Shown: piece after piece, positions 1 to 12,391 of the stretch | How positions within the stretch are numbered: position 1 is the stretch's first letter | Layout: the number at the start of each line of letters is the position of its first letter | Origin: Octopus bimaculoides | Taxonomy: Eukaryota | Direction: 5' to 3' | Length of the DNA stretch: 54,533 nucleotides | NCBI RefSeq assembly: GCF_001194135.2 | Contig: NC_068999.1 | Location: forward strand, 11,277,305-11,331,837 | Made by a program: the position numbers and the translations under genes | The notes under the pieces: generated by a model | Told to the model about the DNA's origin: nothing | What the model saw: the letters and a program-made list of their open reading frames with translations, nothing else | Database searches by the model: none

Positions 1-71
1 ATATATATATATATACATACATATATGTATACATACATACAAACAAATATTTTCCGTTTTGTGAAGGTAAA

Positions 72-245
72 ATATTCTTTACTACTCTAGGCATAAGGTC
101 AGCAATTTTGTGGGAGCGGGCCAGTCGATTAGATAGACCCAATATACAACTGGTATTTTTTTTTTATTGACCCGAAAGGTGGAATTTGAACTCAGAACGT
201 AAAAACAGATGAAATATCGCTAAGCATTTCGCCCGGCGTTTCGGG
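72..245 (-). mobile_element. tRNA-derived SINE, family A, internally deleted
   Basis: Shares blocks with 49846-50050 and 50060-50272 (tactctaggca, ccagtcgat..gaccc, ggaatttgaactcagaacgt, cgctaagcatttcgcccggcg). It lacks the atgaaa..caaagtgga segment present at 50165. Confidence 0.85.
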
Positions 246-1153
246 TCCAACTGATGAAATGCAGTACTAAATGAAACACAATTATGATACTACCACATTA
301 ATTTGATGTCACCGTATCTGTTTCGAATCACGCCTTAGGGCACAAAAACTAGGGAGACTTTCCAGAGGCTGTCACAGCTATCCTAAAGATAACTGACTGT
401 GGATTTTGACATCAATTTATGAGACTTCCCGCGATAGAACCAGTTACTCTCCGATGTTGGTCATTCTTGTGTTTTACTGTCTCCTCCTTTAATATGTTAC
501 TCAGTCTCATATTTAACAATTATAATTCCTGATATAACGAAAAAGGACCGATAGTCTCTGCAGGATTGCACTTCACCGTGCAAGCAAAGAGCGGACCTCA
601 GTATAAATCAAAATCCCCACCATCGATACACCAACAGGAAAATCCATTCACCCAGTCGATTTGTTTCCTGAAAATGCATCACATATTCAGTCTAGCTATT
701 CCAGACTACCAACTCAAGTATCGTTCGACACCAGCAAGTATTCCCCACGGCTGTTTTACACTCACACAACAAACACCAACATCCATTCTTGTAACAAAAG
801 CATCTTTCACTCACTCAACGAACGACGTCTCCACAATAACATAATGGAACAAAAGCAAAAGATAAATAAATAAATAAAATCTAAACCAAGCCAATTGGAT
901 TAACGCCGAACCCAATATAACAAGTTCGATAATATCGATCAGTTTGTCAATCTGGTTTTGTATTCAATGTAATAAATCAATACTTATCTTGCTTTGTTTT
1001 CTTTTTGTCCCGTGTTCTTAGGTCGTATGTGTAATATTTTTAGAATATAAAAAATATATCTAATATCAATTTATTAATGATAACAACAGCGTATACGTAT
1101 CATCACGCGGATTTGTATATTCATGAATAATGAGCTTTGTGTATGTGCGTGCA

Positions 1154-1156
<3 letters not shown>

Positions 1157-1209
<53 letters not shown>

Positions 1210-1241
1210 GGGCTTGTATGTGCTTGTATGTGCTTGTATGT
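1157..1241. repeat. (GT)n microsatellite followed by a 10-bp unit (gcttgtatgt) x3
   Basis: Read directly from the sequence. Confidence 0.95.
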
Positions 1242-1778
1242 ATCTTTGAGTGATTATATTTAAATAGGTCTGGGTGTGAGGTTGGACATCAGCGTGTCCC
1301 TGCAAGAGTGCATTTTATATGTGTGTACACATACAATATTGTATAAGGATTATTCGAGAAAATTTACAAATGCTAAAAATAATATATGTATGCGTCCTTT
1401 ATCGCAAATAGCTGTTACGTGGTAACAGGGTGTGCTCGAAATAGCGGCCAAATCTGTGGAGCTAAGATACGTTGAATGCACTCGAAAACAATTTTGCAAT
1501 GGTATTCTCTTGTGGCGATTTTTGGCTCTGAGTCTCAGAATTGTCATTTTGACTATCAAAACAATCATCCGGATCAGCTGGATTTGTTCGTTAATTTGCG
1601 TAAAAAAGTTTATATTTATTTACTTAGGTTTTAAAGGGAAAGAGAATAGAAAGTGAAAGATAAATGAACGTGCATATGAAATGGACGCACGTGTGTTTGA
1701 GAGAGAGAGAGAGAGAGAGATAGAGAGGCATTGAGAGCCACTTACACATACATGAGAACACGCATGTTCATTCACTCA

Positions 1779-1813
<35 letters not shown>

Positions 1814-2637
1814 GCAAACGCACACACATACACACGTACATACACAAACTATTTACGCATATGCATTGATGTAAATACGCATACATGACAACATACACCT
1901 TCGCTCACTCTCTCTCTCTTTTTCTTTTTCTCGCCCTTCCTCTCTCTCTCTCACTCTACTTCTCTCTCTTTCGCACACACACTCATGTCCATTTCATATA
2001 CACGTACATATAACTTTCACCTTCTCCTCTTTCACTTATTTAAGAAGGTAAATAAATAAAATTTTTACAAAAATTAACGACTTGAAAATAATTGAAAGAA
2101 CATTAAAATATTGTCTGTTGAAAGAAAGCTAAAATATAAATACTTACTGTACAAACAACTTACCTTTTCGAAATCACATTGACTTAAAAATATTTCTAAA
2201 TTATTAAAATATTTCGTACGTCAAAAAGTCGACGTTTTTTTAGGTTTTTTTTTTCTTAGAGATCGTGAAGACTGTATGTGTATATGTCACCGATAGCCGA
2301 CGTTTGTTTGAGTTGATTGACACGCTATGACATTCTTTATATGTGTGTGTATTCTGTACGTGTGTTGACGTCTCGGAAGCCATGTGCTTATTTCGTGAAG
2401 AAATAACAAACAAGAATTGTGTTTACTCGTTTTTATTAATAAATGAAGGTCCAAATGTCACAAAAATTTGTACTGTACTGCCAAAGTATGAAAATAAATA
2501 TGCAAAATAAATTCAGATAAAATATACTATTTCTGAAATATTTCGAATACAAACAGACATCCATAGAGTTTTAGCATTATTAAGAAATGGAATAAATTAA
2601 TTATTTTAAGAAAATAAATTAATGTTGAATAAATTTA

Positions 2638-2850
2638 ATACAAGAGGCTGGACTTCTTCCTTTCAGGTGTCCCAGATGAACCAACTTCGCGACAGGAGGT
2701 GCAGATTAGGGCAGCTGCATCAAACTCTCTCATGCACCAAATGTCAATTCCTGAAGTAAAATTCGTGAAGTAGAATTGTGTAGCAACACCAAATGGCGGT
2801 GCCCCAGCATGGCCACAGCTCATGAGCTGAAACTAGATGAAATGAAATGA
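2638..2850 (+). mobile_element. 3' end of a CR1/L2-group LINE: ORF2 C-terminus, 3' UTR and short-repeat tail
   Basis: Translates as KRLDFFLSGVPDEPTSRQEVQIRAAASNSLMHQ, resembling the LD.FL..VPD.P...RAA.SNSL end of invertebrate CR1/L2-group ORF2. Followed by ggcggtgccccagcatggccacagctcatgagctgaaactag and (tgaaa)n. Confidence 0.75.
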
Positions 2851-4292
2851 ATGACAATGTAAGAAGGTATTGCGATTAAAATGAGAGAATACATATATTT
2901 CGTATGTTTTACAATCGAAACACCAATATAGTATGAATTTTCAGTTGTCAGAGTATTAAAGAAAAGAAAAAACACGAGTTAAGGAGTACTAACATACGAA
3001 AAATTCGTGAATTCTATGAGGATCCCCCTTTGTTGTCATGTAGCTATATACTGTACACATTAACAATTTATGAATTGTGCTAGAACCAGTAGGAAGAGTG
3101 CCAACACGGTCAGTAGTTCATAAGAGTCAAAGAATACTGCAGAGAAGCAATATTCTAATACGACGTATAATCAAATAATTTTTAGAATTATAAAACATTT
3201 TAACACACACACACACACGCACACGGATAGACAGACAGATTCGCATACACGCACACACACACGCACTCACGCACTGTAAGTACCTACACAAATGGATATA
3301 CGCTCATTTACAAACACAAACAGAGTTAGCTTCAGGTGTGTTAGACGTTTTTAGAATTTCAAGGACATATAATATTGATACATACTGTATTTTCCTTTCA
3401 TTCTTTCATATCTTCTCTATATACTTACGTGTGCGTCTGTGTATTGTGTGTGTATGTAAGCGTGTGTGTGTGCAAGTGTGTACGTGTATATATGTGTACG
3501 CATACTTCCACTCACACGCATACATACGCAACGAAATATATATGCATGTATACGTATGTATTCCTTCGGAGCGTGGATCAACTATTTTACATAAGCGACC
3601 GCTAGAATGTGTTAATTTACGCAATACGTTGCGTATAAATTTCCCACCCTTTCCTCATTTGTCTTCTGCTCTGGTTTAGATTTGTTGAAATCTCGGTTCA
3701 ATCATCTAATTTGTAAGTCTCCTTCAATTTCCAGACAGCGCATCTCCAGCTGTGATATTTCTATACATCCATGTCACTATTGTATGAAAAAATGCATTTA
3801 TTATGCATTTACCTCTCTAGAATACTTACACCAGTGGTCCTACTTAACACGTGTTCCTGCATATGTGAATTCGGAATCCTAGTGTAACGTTAATTTAGAA
3901 TTACAACCATTGTTGTTGGCATCTGTCGGAGGCCTCTTTTGTGCGAGTGTTTGTATATGAATAAGGGATCATGTTGACATGCGGGACTGAATGGGTTAAA
4001 CAATTAGAAACCTACTTAATCCCCCCATTTTTTTTTTCTTCGTCTTATAAAGTTGCAACCCAATAGGGGGTTACAAGGAAGCTTTAAATTGGAAATGATT
4101 TGCAATGCAGCATTTCGTAGTCTGGATAAAATTAACAAGTTTCTTCTTCTTACTTTTCGAGTGAGGTGATTATGTTACACATCTTTCTCAGGTTTCAAAT
4201 CTTACTTACGGTTTTCTTTCAAATCAACGCGGGATGGATGCCAGTGTAGTTATTTACACGATGCTATAAAAAAAATGTAACTATGTGAAAAG

Positions 4293-4430
4293 AAGACTGC
4301 TTCCCAATCATATGGTTCCGGGTTCAGTCCCACAGTAAGGCAAATTGGGCAACTTCCTCCTACAATATACTTGGGCTAACCGAACCCTACTGAGTGGACT
4401 GGTAGATGAAACCTGAAAGAAGCACGTAAT
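4293..4430 (+). mobile_element. SINE family B, 5' half
   Basis: cttcccaatcatatggttccgggttcagtcccac (B-box-like) through gagtggactggtagatgaaacctgaaagaagc; homologous to the reverse complement of 21320-21475. Confidence 0.85.
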
Positions 4431-4433
4431 ATA

Positions 4434-4484
<51 letters not shown>

Positions 4485-4510
4485 GCATATGCGTGCTCGC
4501 GGATACATAG

Positions 4511-4589
<79 letters not shown>

Positions 4590-4727
4590 GGTATATAGCT
4601 ATATGTGTGTCCTTCTATATGTATTTGTGTTACACATGCAAACACACATACACAGAAGCATAGACACACACATATACATAAACACACACACATATTCAGG
4701 CATAGGCATATATATTATTTATATTTA

Positions 4728-4774
<47 letters not shown>
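4431..4774. repeat. Compound microsatellite (TA)n-(GATA)n-(CA)n-(GA)n
   Basis: Read directly from the sequence. Confidence 0.95.
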
Positions 4775-4776
<2 letters not shown>

Positions 4777-4957
4777 GTAAGGTTTGGTCCTGGGGCAGCT
4801 GGCGTAAGGGAGACGAACCCTTCTAAGTTGCCGTAATTTATATTTGGTGTTCATAAACATTATAGGCATAATAAAATATTCTATTGTTGTCATGTATATA
4901 TGTGTGTGTGTGTGTTCTTGTGCGCGGGCGTTTAACTGTGTGTGTGTTTGTGTGTGT

Positions 4958-5150
4958 GTGTCTGTGTTAATCTCCTACCATAGCTTGAAAACCTTTTTTG
5001 GCGTATTTACGTCCTCTTAACTTAGCAGTTCGGCATAAATGACCAACAGAAGATGTGGTCTGGGGAGAATGAGTTCGTCTAAAACCATTCAAGGTACTGC
5101 CCTAGCATTGTCGCGGTCAACTGACTAACAATATAGATAGATAAAAGATA
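4958..5150 (+). mobile_element. SINE family B, 3' half
   Basis: accatagcttgaaaacc..gtatttacgtcctcttaacttagcagttcggc..gccctagcattgtcgcggtcaactgact; homologous to the reverse complement of 21093-21280. Confidence 0.8.
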
Positions 5151-5157
5151 ATAGATC

Positions 5158-5468
5158 TTGCTTTCCAACCATTTTCTTCAGGGTTCAGTCCTACTAGGGG
5201 ACACATCTGTCCCACCAAAAACTTGTGATTGGATTTCGTGTACCTAAACTGAAAGCAGCCTTTCAGTTGTTGTCTTCCTATCACCGCCTGACAACAGGTT
5301 TTGTCGTGTTTACATTCCCGTAAAATAGCGGTTCGGCAAAAGTGATGGATATATCAAATATTAAGCTTTAAAAAAAATTAGTCCTGGGGTCGATTTCTTT
5401 CACTAAAACGCTCCCATTTGGGTGTTCTAGCATGGCTGTAGTCAATTAATTAAAACAAGTGAAAGAAT
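5158..5468 (+). mobile_element. SINE family B, near full length, with no internal microsatellite
   Basis: Has both the head (cagggttcagtcctact) and the tail (tagtcctggggtcgattt..ctagcatggctgtagtcaattaattaaaacaagtgaaag). Confidence 0.85.
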
Positions 5469-5491
5469 AGCAGAATAAATATGAATACATA

Positions 5492-5630
5492 GGGTAGTGT
5501 GGATACGTATACTAGGCTTCGTATATTTTACCTCAGTATCACTTTGATGGCATCCACTGCTCTCTCACTCAATAATAATAATATTCATAATAATAATAAT
5601 AATAATAATAATGATAACGATAATGATAAT
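5492..5630 (+). mobile_element. 5'-truncated 3' end of a TAA-tailed retroposon, with (AAT)n tail
   Basis: 5492-5572 aligns with 7887-7970 (gggtagt..atact.ggcttcgta.attttacc..cactttgatggcat.cact). Both are followed by AAT repeats. Confidence 0.8.
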
Positions 5631-5882
5631 TCATACACAGTCATATGGCAATCAGCCCTTTAATACACCCAGATCGTTTCATTTCTTTCTCGAGACCATC
5701 CCACCCATCCATCTACCGCCACCACCAGGCCAATTCAGCGCCTTTTGTATCTAGCCAATCAAACAGTCTTAGACTCACTTACCTGAAACTCTCCTTTCCC
5801 AACCCACCTGCTTGGTACCAGAAGCCTAACCAAATTTGGAAGGCAAAGACTGAACATCCTTGTAACTTAATAATAATAATAA

Positions 5883-7693
5883 TTAACTTTAGGATACCAC
5901 CACTTTTCTTTCGTTCCTTTTTTCCAGCTGTCGGGCAGTCGGCGTCTAAACCGGCCACCCCACAGAGCTTGCTTTGTAAGGAGGGTGTTATTTTTTGTTA
6001 TTCGGTTACCCTTCAGGATGAAATACAAGAATTGTCTAAGGGTAGATTAACTCTGAGGAGTCAACAGCCATCTAAACAACAAACCATTCACCATTCACTA
6101 GCTGCGGAGCACTGAATGCTGGGTTTTAGTGTCCAGCGCAGGAGAGCTCACTTAAACTTCCAAGGGAATGAGGGTCTCTTTGAGTGTATTTAGACAAACC
6201 CATCTAGAGATGGTGCCTCCGTAAAAATGCTGGTCATTGTGACAACTTATCAACACTTTCCTCTGCATGTCAGTAATGAATACTAGGTTTGGGTCAAAGA
6301 ACGGCGTAAATGAAGACGGAACTACAGTGGACAGACTTTTGCCCGGCAGGTGCTCTGTGGGTGAGCAGCTCAGGGCCGGTGGTCATTATACGGCTGCTAG
6401 AACTAAATGGACAAAGACGATCAATACAGATGGCATGGAATGTTTTTTGAGCAGACCCACTGATAATGAAGGGAACCTATAAGAAGATAGATATAGAAAG
6501 AGGGTGCGTAACATATGGATGGAGAAGGGCTCAGATATTACGGAACAGAGACTCTGTAACCAGGTAAGAGCAATGAGGAAGAAAAGATGGCTAACAGTAC
6601 TAGAGATGGATGAAATTAGGAGGAGGGTGATGCCCAAAATATATGGCAGCGATGCGGAAGTACATACAGAGAATGCTGACGAAGCTTCACATGATGAAAG
6701 TAACCAGGAGAATTATGCTGTCTCACGCCCTGAGTGTAGAGGACTAAATAATGATGACAAAGGAATGATCGAAGACATTATTAGTATCGTTAAGGAAAAC
6801 TTGTATATGGAAATAAAGGTATTTAGGAAGGTAGATAGAAATTTACTCAGGGAATGGCCCTTCAAGTGAATAAAATGCTAAAAGTAGTCAAGGCAAATAA
6901 TATAACCGGAGCAAATAGATTGATTAAAGCCTGCATCATCTATATAGGATATAAAATAGACCTAGAACCAAACCGTAAATGTGGAAATGAAGAGAAAGAA
7001 TCTTGATGGAAAAGAAGGAAAAAGCAATCAATAAAATAACTACGAGAATATATCAACATTTTGGAAAGAAAGAAAAACAGTGAAATCTAGAGGGAAGACA
7101 AGTATCAGGAAGTAGAATGTAGATATAGGTATAATGTAGTTCTTGAAGAGCTAAAACAGAGATTGCAGGTTAAAGCGACAAAAATCAAGAGATATGACGA
7201 AAGAAATGAACAATATAAAATCAATAGCTTGTTCCAACAAGACCAAAAAGGTGTTTATCAACAACCGAAGCGATATGTTAACAGGAGTGAGAAACCAAAC
7301 ACTGAAGAAAGTAAAAGGTTTTGGAGCAACATCTGGGATAATGGAAGAAAGCATAACAAAGTTGCTAAATAGGTGAAGGAATTAAGGTGGGAAAAATATG
7401 AAGCGAAACAGAGCAATATTAGAATAACGACTGAAATGGTAACAGAACAGACAACAAAGATTTCAAACTGGAAATATTGAGGATACAGTTTGAAAAACGT
7501 CCAAGCACTACACAGAAGAATAGCCACGCAAATGTATAACATGATCAACAACGGTGTACGGTGTACAAATCGCAAAGTGGTTGACCACAGGTAAAACAAT
7601 TCTTTAACAAAAGGATCCCAACAGAGTCAATATAGTGGATAACTACTGGCCTGTCACCTGTCTGTCCCTGATCTGGAATCTGATGAGAAGAAT
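5883..7693 (+). mobile_element. R4/Dong-like (RLE-type) non-LTR retrotransposon: probable 5' UTR plus decayed ORF up to the start of RT
   Basis: ATG at 6267. Peptides across frameshifts and stops: RTKWTKTIN..MECF, ITEQRLCNQVRAMRKKRWLTVLEMDEIRRRV, EELKQRLQVKATKIKRYDERNEQYKINSLFQQDQK, EESKRFWSNIWDN, KWLTTGKTIL*QKDPNRVNIVDNYWPVTCLSLIWNLM. These match R4-clade motifs as I recall them. The 5' boundary is inferred from a (taa)5 run at 5868-5882. Confidence 0.85.
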
Positions 7694-7699
7694 CTTTAA

Positions 7700-8023
7700 A
7701 CAATCTTTAAACATCTTTAAACAAACCATATTCAAGGACTATTCGAGCGAGATGTGTTACTCTACCCGAAAGAAAATTCCAGCTGGGCCCCACGTGCAAG
7801 GTCATGCTCTGTTTATCCTTGATATAAGATCACCATGCTGCGCACGTATGGTTGTGCTGCATGTACCTGGTGTACACTTATCAGACGGGTAGTCATGATG
7901 GGGATACTGGGCTTCGTAAATTTTACCCCCAGGGGCACTTTGATGGCATGCACTTTTTCGCATTCAGAAATAACAACAACAGCAACGACAACAACAACAA
8001 TAACAACAACAACAACAGCAATG

Positions 8024-8074
<51 letters not shown>

Positions 8075-8090
8075 GTAATAATAATAATAA
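7700..8090 (+). mobile_element. TAA-tailed retroposon 3' segment fused to the R4/Dong remnant, with (AAC)n/(AAT)n tail
   Basis: Its terminal ~85 bp match 5492-5572. The tail runs from 7968 to 8090. Confidence 0.7.
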
Positions 8091-8217
8091 TCTATTCTAC
8101 TATAGGCACAAGGCCTTAATTTTAGGTGTACGGATAATAGATTACATCGACTCCTGTACGCAACTGGTAATTAATTTATCGACCCGCGAAAATATGAACG
8201 GCAATGTCGACCTCGGA
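8091..8217 (-). mobile_element. SINE family A, 3' part
   Basis: ttctactataggcacaaggcc..gattacatcgac..gtacgcaactggtaattaatttatcgaccc..gtcgacctcgg. Confidence 0.85.
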
Positions 8218-8862
8218 CACATAATTAATGATGACAACAACAACAACAACAGCAGCAGCAGCAGCAACAACAGTAACAAATCAGGAAAATACAACGAAAA
8301 TATCATTGGTAATAGTAAGTGGAATTGGAAAATGATAATGGCGAAGTTGAACACGAAGAAAGAGAAGAAAATCAATAGTAATACTCAACATAATTTTATT
8401 GAATATTCTATAAATATTCCCAATTGAAAATAGTCAAATTGGTGGAATTTCAAGTGCATCCTTATTTTTCAATAGTTTCCTTTTATTTTGTGCAATTCAG
8501 TCACTAAGTGCAAACAATATTGTAAAATATCTGCATTCAAAGAATGAATACGCACCTATGTATAAATATATATATAGGGGATTAGCTGGGTGAGACTTCG
8601 AAGACAGACAACATCATTCTTGTGTAAAAATAACGAATTTGCACTCTATAAATGCATAGAGTAAACCATCTGATTAATGTAAAATAAATCTCTTTTTTTT
8701 TAAATTTTAACTTACCATAACATCGAACATACGTCTGTGTGTGTGAGTATGTATATATGTGTGAGTGCGTGTGTGTGTCTTTTTGTATGNNNNNNNNNNN
8801 NNNNNNNNNNNNNNNNNNNNNNNNNNNNNNNNNNNNNNNNNNNNNNNNNNNNNNNNNNNNNN

Positions 8863-8909
<47 letters not shown>

Positions 8910-8914
8910 GTATG

Positions 8915-8959
<45 letters not shown>

Positions 8960-9646
8960 ATACATATGGAGTTGCATGAAACGATCGTACTGTATTACCT
9001 CTGGATATCCGTATTGCTTATTTTGATATATATATATATATATATATACATATGCATGTATATGACTTATTTTGTACCCCTTTAATTTACTTGTATAAGC
9101 ATATATACACACACGCACTCAGACACAGGTTCACACACACACACACACACACTCACGCATGTACACACGTGCACCTGCTCACATGTCTGTCATATCCTGA
9201 GCATGTTTACTCATAAGTGGACATTTAAATTCCGTTACATACTAACTCAGCAGAGCAATGGCAACATAAACATTGTAGAACAAACTTTCAACACGTTTCA
9301 CGCCGTCTCTCATAACATTTGAACATCGACATCTGCATCGCAAGTTTTCCGTAATTATCAAATGCAACACGCTGTAACAGTCAATCCCAACATTAACTTC
9401 ACTCACATTTTTTGCATAATTCCCTGTCCATTTTCATATGGTTCACTGCAATTGTTTGATCTTTTCGTGTATTATTTACTTTATTATTTGTTTTCACTTG
9501 TTATATTTTTATCCTTCTAGCATGTGCCCATATATTACGATCTCGCTGTGACTTCCGCTCGGGAAATATAACTCAACATTGCCTCTCTATTTATTGCGCT
9601 CTTTCTCTATTTCTCTATTTGTATCTTTTTCTTTTTTCTCTTCCTT

Positions 9647-9680
<34 letters not shown>

Positions 9681-9857
9681 ACTCTCTCCCTCTCTCTCTC
9701 TCTCTCTCTTCTAATCATTCTATGTTGTATTTGCGTGTTACAGTATGGATATGTAACTTCATTATATCCATCCAAGCATCTCTTCATCCTCTCTCTCTCC
9801 CTCTTTCTTTCTCTCTTTCTGCGTCTCATGTTATGTTTATCTATTTATCCACCCATT

Positions 9858-9935
<78 letters not shown>

Positions 9936-10166
9936 NNNNNNNNNNNNNNNNNNNNNNNNNNNNNNNNNNNNNNNNNNNNNNNNNNNNNNNNNNNNNNNNN
10001 NNNNNNNNNNNNNNNNNNNNNNNNNNNNNNNNNNNNNNNNNNNNNNNNNNNNNNNNNNNNNNNNNNNNNNNNNNNNNNNNNNNNNNNNNNNNNNNNNNNN
10101 NNNNNNNNNNNNNNNNNNNNNNNNNNNNNNNNNNNNNNNNNNNNNNNNNNNNNNNNNNNNNNNNNN

Positions 10167-10213
<47 letters not shown>

Positions 10214-11534
10214 ACACACTCATACACAAATATCCCGACACACATTTGTATACATCCACACGTACATATACATACACCTACTCTCAAATACATCCATATA
10301 GTTTCTCTTTTCATCTATGTATATAAATATATTCCCGTATTTTTGTCATTCTCTTAGTGCACGTTGATAAATACGTGGATGCATATGTATGTCACTGTTC
10401 TGTCTATGCATGCAACTATACGGTTATGAGAGTGTATGCATGTATGTATGTCTGTGCGTGTATGTGTGAGTGTGTTGTGCGAGTGTGTTAAGTGAATGCG
10501 TTTTTGTTTATATGTGACTTTTCTCCCTCTATCCCTCTTTACATTTTCTTTCCATTACTACCGCTTGTAGTAAATTCCACCATCCCATCCTATCCCATAC
10601 ACCCATCTATCCACCGCCATTACTACCACCACAATTAAGAATAACAACAGCAAAACAACAACAACTACAACAGCTACAACAACAGCAACAATAAAATAAC
10701 AACAACAACAAAGACACCCACTCAAACCGCTCCACGCCACAGTCTCTGAAATGAATGTATCATTAAGCAACCGATAGCACGTAGCTAATTCTAGCATTTT
10801 CGGTGGATTTATCAAACACACGACCACGGCTTCAATCCGGTGATTGAGGAGTATAGACCCGTCGTGCACAAGTAAAAATGCTTCTGCACCGAAGCATTGA
10901 CCGCCTCGTGAACAAAACATGATATGCTATGCGTTTCGACATTTCACACGCGACGAAATTTTCACGTCACGCACACGCCGCATTTCCGAAATTGTTACCA
11001 AAATGCAAAAGCACGTTTGCAGAAAATTCTCTCTGCTGTCATTTGCCGCTCTGTTTCCATCTTTGTTTCTCTACCACTCCTCTTCATTGTGCAGAACCTC
11101 CACCCCACGATATTTTTCTTCACCTAAACACTCATTTCCCAAGTCCAATTCCATCAACATTTTCTTCCACATTACAACCAACACCAACACCTCCATCGTA
11201 CTGCGTATTCCTGTCTCTAACACAAACACTGCGTTCTAGATGTCACACCTGATGCAAGTGTAATACTGTATGTGCGTGTATTTATGTGCATGTGTATATG
11301 TATGCACGCGTTTCAAAGTGTGTGATTGAAGGTCAAGAACAAATCCCAACCTTTTGCCTCGTTTTGTTTTTGATTCGTTTTTGTCTTTGCTGTCATTGAA
11401 GGAATTCCATCACGCGAAAAATCCTGTGTATGACATTCACATCGAAGTATCCAACTGTTTCAAATGAAACATCGTCAGACTCGGTGAATAAACATCTATA
11501 GACCAATATATATATATAAATGTGTGTGTATGTG

Positions 11535-11626
<92 letters not shown>

Positions 11627-12353
11627 NNNNNNNNNNNNNNNNNNNNNNNNNNNNNNNNNNNNNNNNNNNNNNNNNNNNNNNNNNNNNNNNNNNNNNNNNN
11701 NNNNNNNNNNNNNNNNNNNNNNNNNNNNNNNNNNNNNNNNNNNNNNNNNNNNNNNNNNNNNNNNNNNNNNNNNNNNNNNNNNNNNNNNNNNNNNNNNNNN
11801 NNNNNNNNNNNNNNNNNNNNNNNNNNNNNNNNNNNNNNNNNNNNNNNNNNNNNNNNNNNNNNNNNNNNNNNNNNNNNNNNNNNNNNNNNNNNNNNNNNNN
11901 NNNNNNNNNNNNNNNNNNNNNNNNNNNNNNNNNNNNNNNNNNNNNNNNNNNNNNNNNNNNNNGTGTGTGTGTGTGTGTGTGTGTGTGTGCTCGGATTTAT
12001 CGATCTCTTTAACTGTATTGCTAGAAAGAGTAGCCCAACCTCCCTGAAATTGCAGCGTAACGCCTTAAAAACGAAGAATATATTTGACAATGTAGGTCTA
12101 ATTATGAAATTAGAATTCGGTGGTGGCGAAAGAAAAGTCATTCATCATAAACCTATTCCCCTTCCGCGAAACTTTGCTTAAAATAAAATATAGTTTCCTT
12201 CGTATCTATTTCATTATGTGTATAAATATCGATCTATCATTCTATATATCTATCGATCTATATATCCATCTATCTGTCTAACCCTATCTATTTGTCTGTC
12301 TTTATGTATCGTATACATACATGCATACTTACACTGAAAGAAACACATAAGCA

Positions 12354-12391
<38 letters not shown>

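Noticed and set aside
5645-6115. 156-aa plus-strand ORF
   Set aside because: No recognisable domain; it runs through a TAA repeat into the probable LINE 5' UTR.
7852-8427. 191-aa Asn-rich ORF
   Set aside because: Reads through a retroposon tail, (AAT)n and an antisense SINE.
10877-10898. Short hairpins and palindromes (also 15561-15581, about 16960-16985 and 51493-51506)
   Set aside because: Stems of 7-8 bp are expected several times by chance in this length.
11435-11490. Minus-strand CUGACGA..GAAAC, a perfect hammerhead core
   Set aside because: Stem II cannot form, TGTTTC/GAAACA pairing sequesters the GAAA, and no register gives a valid stem I, stem III and NUH together. May still be a decayed Penelope end.
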